A stretch of DNA of 64,000 nucleotides from an uncultured virus (IMG/VR IMGVR_UViG_3300017749_000003) (Duplodnaviria; Heunggongvirae; Uroviricota; Caudoviricetes). The notes beneath the pieces were generated by a model, which worked only from the letters and a program-made list of their open reading frames with translations, was not told where the DNA came from and did no database searches. Below, in pieces: positions 56,702 through 64,000 of this stretch. Each line of letters begins with the position of its first letter. The stretch's first letter is position 1. Location: IMG/VR virus record IMGVR_UViG_3300017749_000003; one strand, 5' to 3'. Made by a program: the position numbers and the translations under genes.

Positions 56702-58093
56702 ATGTTCAATTCCGAGCAATTGCAGGAGAAGTGGGCACCAGTTCTCGATCATCAGGGTCTTGATAATATTCAAGATTCCCATAAGAGAGCAGTGACCGCA
56801 GTCCTGCTAGAAAACCAAGAAAAATTCCTAAGAGAGCAAAACTCTTTTAACAACTCAGGTTCATTCCTCGCAGAAGCACCTACCAACGCAGTTGGTTCTG
56901 ATGGATTCCAAGGTGGATCCGCAGCTGGTGGTCCTACCGCAGGTTTCGACCCCGTTCTAATTTCACTAATTAGACGTTCAATGCCTAACTTGGTCGCATA
57001 TGACCTCGCAGGTGTTCAACCAATGAGTGGTCCTACTGGACTCATCTTCGCAATGCGTTCCAGATACAACAATCAGTCTGGAACTGAGTCAATGTTCAAC
57101 GAAGCAGATACTGCTTTCTCTGGACAGGATTCTGGATTCGACAACACCAACGGAATGTCTGGTGTTGCATCAGGTATGGGTACTACCGCACAGTCTGGTA
57201 GCAATCCTTCCGTCCTTAACCCAACTGGTTCTGCCGATCAACTAGCATACAATGCTGGTCAGGGCATGAGAACTGACGATGCTGAGAATCTCGGCGTCTC
57301 TGATCAGTTCAACGAGATGGCATTCAGCATTGAGAAAGTTACTGTGACTGCAAAGTCCAGAGCACTCAAGGCAGAATACTCCCTAGAACTAGCACAAGAC
57401 ATTAAGGCAATTCATGGTCTTAATGCTGAAGCAGAACTTGCTAATATCCTCTCTACTGAAATCCTTGCGGAAATCAACAGAGAAGTTATTAGAACTATCT
57501 ACAAGACTGCTGAGCAAGGTGCTACCGTCAACACCGCAACTGCTGGTGAGTTCGATCTAGATATCGACTCCAATGGTCGTTGGTCTGTTGAGAAGTTCAA
57601 GGGTCTACTCTTCCAAATCGAGCGTGATGCTAACGCAATCGCACAAAGAACTCGTAGAGGAAAGGGCAACATCATCATGTGTTCCGCAGACGTTGCTTCT
57701 GCTCTAGCCATGGCTGGTGTACTCGATTACACTCCTGCACTTAATGCAAACCTTAACGTAGATGACACTGGCAACACCTTTGCTGGTACTCTACTCGGTA
57801 AGTTCCGTGTATACATTGACCCATATTCTGCAAACAGTGCTGCTAATCAGTACTATGTTGCTGGTTATAAGGGTTCTTCACCTTATGACGCAGGTCTATT
57901 CTACTGCCCATACGTTCCTCTTCAGATGGTTCGTGCAGTTGGAGAGAACACCTTCCAGCCCAAGATTGGCTTCAAGACCCGTTATGGTCTAGTTGCTAAC
58001 CCATTCGCAGAAGGCACCAATCAGGGTCTCGGTGGACTAACCACCAACTCTAACCGTTACTACAGACGTGTAACCGTTAAGAACCTCATGTGA
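56702..58093 (+). CDS. g23: major capsid protein gp23
   Basis: EKWAPVL, GVQPMSGPTGLIFAMR, KSRALKAEYSLELAQD, FYCPYVPL, FQPKIGFKTRYG. Confidence 0.99.
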   Translation: MFNSEQLQEKWAPVLDHQGLDNIQDSHKRAVTAVLLENQEKFLREQNSFNNSGSFLAEAPTNAVGSDGFQGGSAAGGPTAGFDPVLISLIRRSMPNLVAYDLAGVQPMSGPTGLIFAMRSRYNNQSGTESMFNEADTAFSGQDSGFDNTNGMSGVASGMGTTAQSGSNPSVLNPTGSADQLAYNAGQGMRTDDAENLGVSDQFNEMAFSIEKVTVTAKSRALKAEYSLELAQDIKAIHGLNAEAELANILSTEILAEINREVIRTIYKTAEQGATVNTATAGEFDLDIDSNGRWSVEKFKGLLFQIERDANAIAQRTRRGKGNIIMCSADVASALAMAGVLDYTPALNANLNVDDTGNTFAGTLLGKFRVYIDPYSANSAANQYYVAGYKGSSPYDAGLFYCPYVPLQMVRAVGENTFQPKIGFKTRYGLVANPFAEGTNQGLGGLTTNSNRYYRRVTVKNLM

Positions 58094-58115
58094 TCTCTAT
58101 TCACAGAGTTTTCAC

Positions 58116-58141
58116 AGGACCTCTTCGGAGGTCCTTTTTTT
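58116..58141 (+). terminator. rho-independent terminator after g23
   Basis: AGGACCTC-TTCG-GAGGTCCT followed by T run; cUUCGg tetraloop as in T4 terminators. Confidence 0.95.
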
Positions 58142-58172
58142 ATGCCTACATACTAGAGCAGAAAATCAATCC

Positions 58173-58343
58173 ATGCTAAAGACACCAAGAGACATCGTAA
58201 ATGATAGACTTTCGTGGTCTAGTGATGTGGCAATAAAAAATCATTGTGTATATGTTTTAGAGAAATATCTGAAGGAAGAACCACAACTAACACCTGAGCA
58301 ATTGAAGGAAGCACTCGGAGAATACTTGATGGGATTAGAGTGA
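58173..58343 (+). CDS. small hypothetical protein (56 aa)
   Basis: Read by eye; ATG 58173 to TGA 58343. Confidence 0.6.
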   Translation: MLKTPRDIVNDRLSWSSDVAIKNHCVYVLEKYLKEEPQLTPEQLKEALGEYLMGLE

Positions 58344-58373
58344 TAAATAGAGTATCCAAGGATTTCTATCGTT

Positions 58374-58943
58374 GTGCCTGTATCATCATCAGCGTTTAAA
58401 ACACAGATTGCAAATAGGAATTTTCTTGCTCCAACTGGTTTTAAATTTACAATATCAAGAGCACCTAAACTTGCATACTTTGCTAACTCAGCAAATGTTC
58501 CTGGTATAAGTTTGGGAGTTGCAGAACAAGGATCATACTTAAAAATGATTCCAGTTCCTGGTGATATGATGGATTTTGAAGATCTTTCTATTAGATTTTT
58601 AGTAGATGAAGATCTGGGGAATTACTTAGAAATTCAAAATTGGATGCGAGGTTTAGGATTTCCAGAATCCTTAAGTGAAATATATGACTTACAAAATGAA
58701 GATAATTTGCTAGGGAAACCATTTACACAAAATCAACAGAATCATTATTCTGATGGGACTCTACAAATTTTAACAAATACTGAGAATTTACAGTACAACG
58801 TAGTATTCAAAGATATGTTTCCAACTTCACTTTCTCAAATGGAATTTGATGCTACGGATACAGACATTCAATACTTCGCAGCAACAGTAACTTTTAAGTA
58901 TAGTATATACATTATTAACGACAGGTTTAACTCTAGAGTATGA
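58374..58943 (+). CDS. g3: tail completion / tube terminator gp3-like (GTG start)
   Basis: NRNFLAPTGFKF, FLVDEDL.NY, FPTSL, F.ATVTFKY; ATAAATA at 58343-58349; precedes uvsY. Confidence 0.85.
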   Translation: MPVSSSAFKTQIANRNFLAPTGFKFTISRAPKLAYFANSANVPGISLGVAEQGSYLKMIPVPGDMMDFEDLSIRFLVDEDLGNYLEIQNWMRGLGFPESLSEIYDLQNEDNLLGKPFTQNQQNHYSDGTLQILTNTENLQYNVVFKDMFPTSLSQMEFDATDTDIQYFAATVTFKYSIYIINDRFNSRV

Positions 58944-59377
58944 CATTTGACATTGCTATGATTAAATCAATGTGGGAAAAAGATTCTCAGATTGATATTG
59001 ACAACTTACACGAAGAATCACTAAAAATTCCAGTACTACATTCAAAATACTACGATATCTTAAACAATCTAGTATTGCTAAAAACAAAAGCAGAGCAGCA
59101 AAGAAAAAACGTAAGACACGAAAGATACGAATATTATTCTGGAAAGGCAGACCCAGATGTATATGTAAAAGATCCTTTCCCCAAAAAAGTAAGAGATAAA
59201 GATGCTATGAATAAGTATCTTGATGCTGATGAGAGACTCTCAACTATCAGTATGAAGATTGAATATTATGTGGTAATGATTAATTACATCGATAGTATCT
59301 TAAAACAAATATCTAATCGAACGTACCAAATAAAAAACTCAATTGAATTTTTAAAATTCCAAGCTGGATATGGCTAA
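58940..59377 (+). CDS. uvsY: recombination mediator UvsY
   Basis: W.KDSQID, LHSKY, YYSGKA, NRTYQIKNSIE. Confidence 0.92.
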   Translation: MTFDIAMIKSMWEKDSQIDIDNLHEESLKIPVLHSKYYDILNNLVLLKTKAEQQRKNVRHERYEYYSGKADPDVYVKDPFPKKVRDKDAMNKYLDADERLSTISMKIEYYVVMINYIDSILKQISNRTYQIKNSIEFLKFQAGYG

Positions 59378-60833
59378 TTTAATTATTGAAAAGTGTAATG
59401 AAGTATATCTCAAAATTACTACTGAACCACACATAGAATACGAATTACGAGATCACTTCAAATTTGAAGTTCCTGGGGCAAAATTTATGCCTCAGTATCG
59501 TAAGAGAAATTGGAATGGTGAGATACACTTATTTGATCTGAGGACCAAAAGACTTTACATAGGTCTATTACATAGACTTGTAGAATTTTGTAGCAATTAT
59601 AATTACACATATGAGTTTGTAACAAATAAGTACTATGGAAAACCCTTTGAAGTTAATAAGGAGATTAGTTTAGAAGGAGTTAAAGATTACCTTGCTTCGA
59701 TAACTGCATTGACCCCAAGAAATTATCAGATTGAAGCAGTTCATGATGCATTAAAATATAACAGAAAGATTCTGTTAAGTCCAACTGCGTCAGGAAAAAG
59801 TCTGATGATTTACGCTGTCGTGAGATATCATGTGGATAGGAAACGAAAAATTCTCGTAGTCGTACCAACGACCAGTCTAGTAGATCAACTCGTCTCGGAT
59901 TTTCGGGATTATGGATGGAATTCAGATTCATATTGTCATAAGATATATGCAGGATGTGAGAAAGAAACAGATCTTCCTGTCACAGTTACAACATGGCAGT
60001 CTATTTATAAATTAGAACGTAGTTATTTTGAAGATTTTGATGTAGTAATTGGTGATGAGGCTCACTTATTTAAAAGCAAGTCTCTTATTACAATTATGAA
60101 TCATCTCCATCATACAAAATATAGATATGGATTTACAGGAACACTTGATGGAACACAGACACATAAGTGGGTATTGGAAGGATTGTTTGGACCATGCTAC
60201 AGAGTAACACGTACATCTGAGTTAATGGAGAAAGGTCATGTATCAGACCTGGAGATTAGATGTCTTATATTGAAACATACTCCAAAAAAATTTGATACTT
60301 ATGAAGATGAAATACAATACCTAATTGGTCATGAAAAGAGAAATAAATTTATATTAAATCTCGCAAAAGGATTGGAAGGTAATACTTTGATTCTTTATAG
60401 TCGGGTTGCCGCACATGGTGAACCTCTTTTTGAAAAGATAAATAGTTCCGTAAGTGAAGGACGAAAAGTATTTTTTGTCCATGGTGGAGTTGACTCTGAG
60501 GAAAGAGAGGAAGTTCGACGAATAACTGAGGATGAAAGTAGTGCGATCATAGTAGCATCATATGGAACTTTCTCAACGGGAATTAACATTAGAAATCTTC
60601 ATAATGTTATTTTTGCTAGTCCGTCTAAATCAAGAATCCGCAATCTACAATCGATCGGAAGAGTTTTAAGGAAAGGTAAAAATAAAACAAAAGCAACTCT
60701 ATACGATATAGCAGACGACTGTACAATTAGAAGTTTAAAAAACTATACACTCAATCACTTAATCGAAAGAATTAAAATCTATAATCAAGAAAATTTTAAT
60801 TATGATATTATAAACATCGATTTAAAAGATTAA
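59370..60833 (+). CDS. uvsW: SF2 RNA-DNA/DNA helicase UvsW
   Basis: SPTASGKS, GDEAH, GFTGTL, LQSIGRVLR. Confidence 0.96.
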   Translation: MANLIIEKCNEVYLKITTEPHIEYELRDHFKFEVPGAKFMPQYRKRNWNGEIHLFDLRTKRLYIGLLHRLVEFCSNYNYTYEFVTNKYYGKPFEVNKEISLEGVKDYLASITALTPRNYQIEAVHDALKYNRKILLSPTASGKSLMIYAVVRYHVDRKRKILVVVPTTSLVDQLVSDFRDYGWNSDSYCHKIYAGCEKETDLPVTVTTWQSIYKLERSYFEDFDVVIGDEAHLFKSKSLITIMNHLHHTKYRYGFTGTLDGTQTHKWVLEGLFGPCYRVTRTSELMEKGHVSDLEIRCLILKHTPKKFDTYEDEIQYLIGHEKRNKFILNLAKGLEGNTLILYSRVAAHGEPLFEKINSSVSEGRKVFFVHGGVDSEEREEVRRITEDESSAIIVASYGTFSTGINIRNLHNVIFASPSKSRIRNLQSIGRVLRKGKNKTKATLYDIADDCTIRSLKNYTLNHLIERIKIYNQENFNYDIINIDLKD

Positions 60834-61213
60834 TGGAAGAAGAATTTTATGCAACGATAAAACTAAAAAATACTGAGGAGATATTCTCTAAGGTATCACC
60901 TTCTAACGAAGGTGATAAAACATTCCTCATGTTATTAGATCCAGTTACGATTGATGAAATTTTAATTAGAGGTCAAGCATGTTATAAAATAGATCCTTGG
61001 TTAAAAACATCATCATCTGATATGATCATAATCAATATGGAAGATGTCCTAACAATTATAGAATGTAATGACAATCATACAATTAAAATGTATAAGTCTT
61101 TTTGTAGAAAATCAAAAGATGATCATCAAAAACATAATCTAAGTAGAAAAATGGGATATCTATCGTCAGTAGATGATACTCGAAAGTACTTAGAAAATCT
61201 ATTTAAAAGTTAG
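60833..61213 (+). CDS. conserved hypothetical protein between uvsW and g55
   Basis: 126 aa; YATIKL...EEIF, PWLK, MGYLSSV. Confidence 0.85.
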   Translation: MEEEFYATIKLKNTEEIFSKVSPSNEGDKTFLMLLDPVTIDEILIRGQACYKIDPWLKTSSSDMIIINMEDVLTIIECNDNHTIKMYKSFCRKSKDDHQKHNLSRKMGYLSSVDDTRKYLENLFKS

Positions 61214-61244
61214 CTAAAGCGTTCCTATCAACCTCAACAGAGAT

Positions 61245-61273
61245 ATTCTACACATGGTTTACACATTTGTCAA
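61245..61273 (-). promoter_or_regulatory. leftward (antisense) sigma70-type promoter
   Basis: Minus strand TTGACA (61273-61268), 17 bp, TAGAAT (61250-61245). Confidence 0.65.
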
Positions 61274-61286
61274 GCTATGGTAGAAT
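61258..61286 (+). promoter_or_regulatory. sigma70-type promoter for g55-g47-g46
   Basis: TTTACA (61258-61263), 17 bp, TGg-TAGAAT (61281-61286). Confidence 0.75.
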
Positions 61287-61317
61287 GAGTACATACTGAA
61301 TTACTGGTAATAATGAA

Positions 61318-61815
61318 ATGCCTAAAAGAAAACAATCGGAACATTATGTAAATAATAGAGATTTCCTAGATGCAATTGTAGAATACAAAAAAGCACGTGA
61401 AGCAGCCGCAGAGGCAGGTGAACCAAGACCTAGGATCACAAATTATCTTGGTGAATGCTTTCTTAAGATTGCAACTCATTTATCATATAAACCAAACTTT
61501 GTCAACTACATCTTTAAAGATGATATGATCTCTGATGGAGTAGAAAACTGTATTCAGTACATTCACAATTTCAATCCAGAGAAATCTACAAATCCTTTTG
61601 CATACTTCACACAGATTATTCACTACGCATTCTTGAGACGTATTCAAAAAGAAAAGAAGCAGTTAGATATTAAAAATAAGATCTTAGAAAAGACTGGATA
61701 TGATCAGGTGTTTGTGAATGACAACACTGTTGACAACTCCAACTATTCGGACTATAATAGCATCAAAGATGCTGTCTATTCTAAACTTAGAGGAATGGGT
61801 TCAAATAACGTATGA
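61318..61815 (+). CDS. g55: late transcription sigma factor gp55
   Basis: HYVNN, GECFLKIA.HLS.KPNF.NY, NPFAYFTQI..YAFLRRI.KEK. Confidence 0.96.
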   Translation: MPKRKQSEHYVNNRDFLDAIVEYKKAREAAAEAGEPRPRITNYLGECFLKIATHLSYKPNFVNYIFKDDMISDGVENCIQYIHNFNPEKSTNPFAYFTQIIHYAFLRRIQKEKKQLDIKNKILEKTGYDQVFVNDNTVDNSNYSDYNSIKDAVYSKLRGMGSNNV

Positions 61816-62861
61816 AGATTGCCCTCATCACAGATCAACACTTTGGAGCACGTAAGAATTCAAAACTCTTTCACGACTTTTTTCTGAAGTTCTATAATAA
61901 TGTATTCTTTCCTTATCTAAAAGAGGAAGGAATTACTACGATTGTTGATATGGGTGATACCTTTGATAACAGAACTGGTATTAATTTTAGTTCACTTAAG
62001 TGGGCAAAGGATAATTACTACGATGTTTTAGAAAGTATGGGATGTAAAATTCATACCATAGTAGGAAATCATACTGCATTCTATAAGAATACTAATAATG
62101 TGAATGCAGTAGATCTTTTACTTCGTGAATATAAAAATGTTGAAGTCTATTCAGAACCATCTGAGGTTACTATCGATGGTCTAAAGATAGCATTCATTCC
62201 ATGGATTAATAAAGAAAATGAAGAAACCACTTTTAAACTTCTTAAAAAGACTGATAGCAAGATTGCGATGGGGCACCTTGAACTCCGAGGATTTGCTGCT
62301 AATAAACAGTGCATCATGGAGCATGGTCATGAGAGCAAGTTATTTGAGAAGTTCACCAAAGTCTTCTCTGGTCACTACCACACTAGATCGAATGATAGGA
62401 ACATCCACTACACAGGAAACGCATACGAAATCTACTGGAACGATGTAAATGATGTACGTGGATTTACAATATTCGATACAGAAACTTTAGAACATACTTT
62501 TGTTAATAACCCTTATAGTATTTTTCATCATGTTTACTATGAAGATACTGACTATAAGACATTTGACTTTTCAAAGTATCGTGATATGATTGTAAAGATC
62601 ATCGTCAGAAAAAAGAGTAACAACAAAAACTTTGAAAAGTTTATTGATAAGTTCTATACTGCAAATGTTGCAGATCTAAAAATTATAGAAAGTCAAGACT
62701 TTAATGGGTGGTATTCAAAAGATCAAATCGAAGAGATTGAATCTGAGAACACTTTAAGTTTGTTAAATAAGTACATACAAGAGTCTGAGATTGACTTAGA
62801 TAAATCAGAGTTATCTAAAATTATCGCAGAGGTGTATCAGGAAGCTTGCGAAATGATCTAG
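61812..62861 (+). CDS. g47: recombination endonuclease subunit gp47 (Mre11/SbcD-like)
   Basis: TDQHFG, GDTFDNR, VGNH, SGHYH metallophosphoesterase motifs. Confidence 0.95.
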   Translation: MKIALITDQHFGARKNSKLFHDFFLKFYNNVFFPYLKEEGITTIVDMGDTFDNRTGINFSSLKWAKDNYYDVLESMGCKIHTIVGNHTAFYKNTNNVNAVDLLLREYKNVEVYSEPSEVTIDGLKIAFIPWINKENEETTFKLLKKTDSKIAMGHLELRGFAANKQCIMEHGHESKLFEKFTKVFSGHYHTRSNDRNIHYTGNAYEIYWNDVNDVRGFTIFDTETLEHTFVNNPYSIFHHVYYEDTDYKTFDFSKYRDMIVKIIVRKKSNNKNFEKFIDKFYTANVADLKIIESQDFNGWYSKDQIEEIESENTLSLLNKYIQESEIDLDKSELSKIIAEVYQEACEMI

Positions 62862-62862
62862 C

Positions 62863-63132
62863 ATGTATATCGTAGTAATTGACGGAGAAGAAGACAGAGG
62901 TGCATATTCTGTAGCAGACGATAATGGTGAAAATGTTCTATACATTTGGGAAAATGATGATGATGTTGAACGTTTTATTATGATGTTAGAAGAAAGTGGT
63001 TCTCCGAAAATGAAATCCGTGGAAGTTGAAGAAGAGTTGTTATTTGAAACATGTAGTCAACATGGATACATGTATGCTATTATTGGTAGTGATGAGTTAG
63101 TAGTTCCACCTGAAGAACATGATTTATTTTAA
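62863..63132 (+). CDS. conserved hypothetical protein
   Basis: 89 aa; GAYSV...LVVPP; lies between g47 and g46. Confidence 0.8.
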   Translation: MYIVVIDGEEDRGAYSVADDNGENVLYIWENDDDVERFIMMLEESGSPKMKSVEVEEELLFETCSQHGYMYAIIGSDELVVPPEEHDLF

Positions 63133-64000
63133 AAAAATTAGTTGGAAAAACTTTCTCTCAACTGGTAATCAATTTACCGAAGTCCAACTTGATGATTGTC
63201 AGAATAGTTTAATTATAGGAACAAACGGTGCAGGAAAGTCAACTATCCTTGATGCACTGACTTTTGTTTTGTTTGGAAAATCATTTCGTAAGATTAATAA
63301 ACCACAACTCATTAACACTACGAATGAAAAGGATTGTGTTGTAAATATTGATTTTAGGATTGGATCAGTAGAGTGGAGCATTGTTCGTGGCATTAAACCA
63401 AATGTCTTTGAGATTTATCGTGACGGAACACTTCTAGATCAAGCAGCATCTGCTAATGATCAGCAAAAATATCTTGAGCAAAGTATTCTCAAGATGAACT
63501 ATAAGTCTTTTACTCAGATCGTAATTCTAGGTAGCAGTAATTTTACACCGTTTATGCAACTGCCAGCATCAGGTAGACGGGAAGTTATTGAAGATATCCT
63601 AGACATCAAAGTTTTTTCTACGATGAATAACATCATCAAAGATCAACTTAGGGGATATAGGGAAGATGTTAAAGTATTAAATCTGAAGAAAGAATCTTTT
63701 ACTGATAAAGTCAGAATGCAAGAAAACTTTATTAGTGAACTTGATAATCTTGATAAAGATATAATCAATAAACACAACAATAAAATTTCTCAACTCAATA
63801 GTGATATTGGGAATCTTAATAGAGACACTTCTATATTTGAAGAGGATGTGTTTCGTTACACAAAAGAACTTGAAAGTGTGCAAGATGCGAAAAGTAAAAT
63901 TCGTAAACTTGGAAACTTGAAAGGTAAAATCTCACAGAAGATGGATACTATCAAACGTGAGAAGAATTTCTTTTCAGATAATCTCACATGTCCTACGTGT
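63119..64000 (+). CDS. g46: recombination ATPase gp46 (Rad50/SbcC-like), 3'-truncated by window edge
   Basis: Read by eye: MIYFKKISWKNFLSTGN, Walker A GTNGAGKST, FTQIVILGS, coiled coil, zinc-hook CPTC at window end. Confidence 0.95.
   Translation, partial: MIYFKKISWKNFLSTGNQFTEVQLDDCQNSLIIGTNGAGKSTILDALTFVLFGKSFRKINKPQLINTTNEKDCVVNIDFRIGSVEWSIVRGIKPNVFEIYRDGTLLDQAASANDQQKYLEQSILKMNYKSFTQIVILGSSNFTPFMQLPASGRREVIEDILDIKVFSTMNNIIKDQLRGYREDVKVLNLKKESFTDKVRMQENFISELDNLDKDIINKHNNKISQLNSDIGNLNRDTSIFEEDVFRYTKELESVQDAKSKIRKLGNLKGKISQKMDTIKREKNFFSDNLTCPTC

Noticed and set aside
47350..60833. Inteins or introns in g17, g20, g23 or uvsW
   Set aside because: Lengths are ordinary, motifs are contiguous, and no C...HN splice motifs or frame breaks were seen
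7110..63883. Numerous 60-180 aa minus-strand and nested plus-strand ORFs in the track (e.g. 36234-36779, 46508-46957, 28133-28534)
   Set aside because: All lie inside well-supported plus-strand genes, and their composition mirrors the codon bias of those genes
1..64000. tRNA/rRNA genes, photosynthesis AMGs, stop-codon reassignment
   Set aside because: No cloverleaf, psbA- or hli-like sequence noticed by eye; core genes are full length with all three stop codons used normally

Overview
This window is 64 kb of a T4-like marine cyanomyovirus (Synechococcus/Prochlorococcus-type phage). It is AT-rich, uses the standard code, and essentially all real genes lie on the + strand. Left end (1-5.6 kb): a cluster of small early/accessory ORFs behind host-type sigma70 promoters, three of which share a repeated palindrome+promoter cassette. 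It also holds an AT-rich non-coding block with four DnaA-box matches next to divergent promoters, and a compact predicted pseudoknot. 5.8-8.8 kb: a GT-A glycosyltransferase-like gene, a tryptophan-halogenase-like gene and conserved hypotheticals. 8.9-58.9 kb: the late virion module, marked by T4-type late promoters (TAAATA). It runs g25, g6, a giant g7, g8, a VrlC/DUF4815-like protein with a poly-(Pro-Arg) insert, g13-g16, an island of fibre-like proteins plus a modular basic protein, g17-g23 and g3. Right end: uvsY, uvsW, g55, g47 and the 5' part of g46. No tRNA, rRNA or CRISPR array was seen. The most striking signals are (i) a fibre protein with nested, Russian-doll domain halves (N1N2N3N4-C4C3C2C1); (ii) a cyanobacterial-type DnaA-box cluster with an R-loop-origin-like promoter layout; (iii) a candidate gp21-cleaved cargo polyprotein; (iv) overlapping back-to-back promoters upstream of g55; and (v) the Pro-Arg repeat. 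All gene calls come from motif recognition and synteny, not from database searches.
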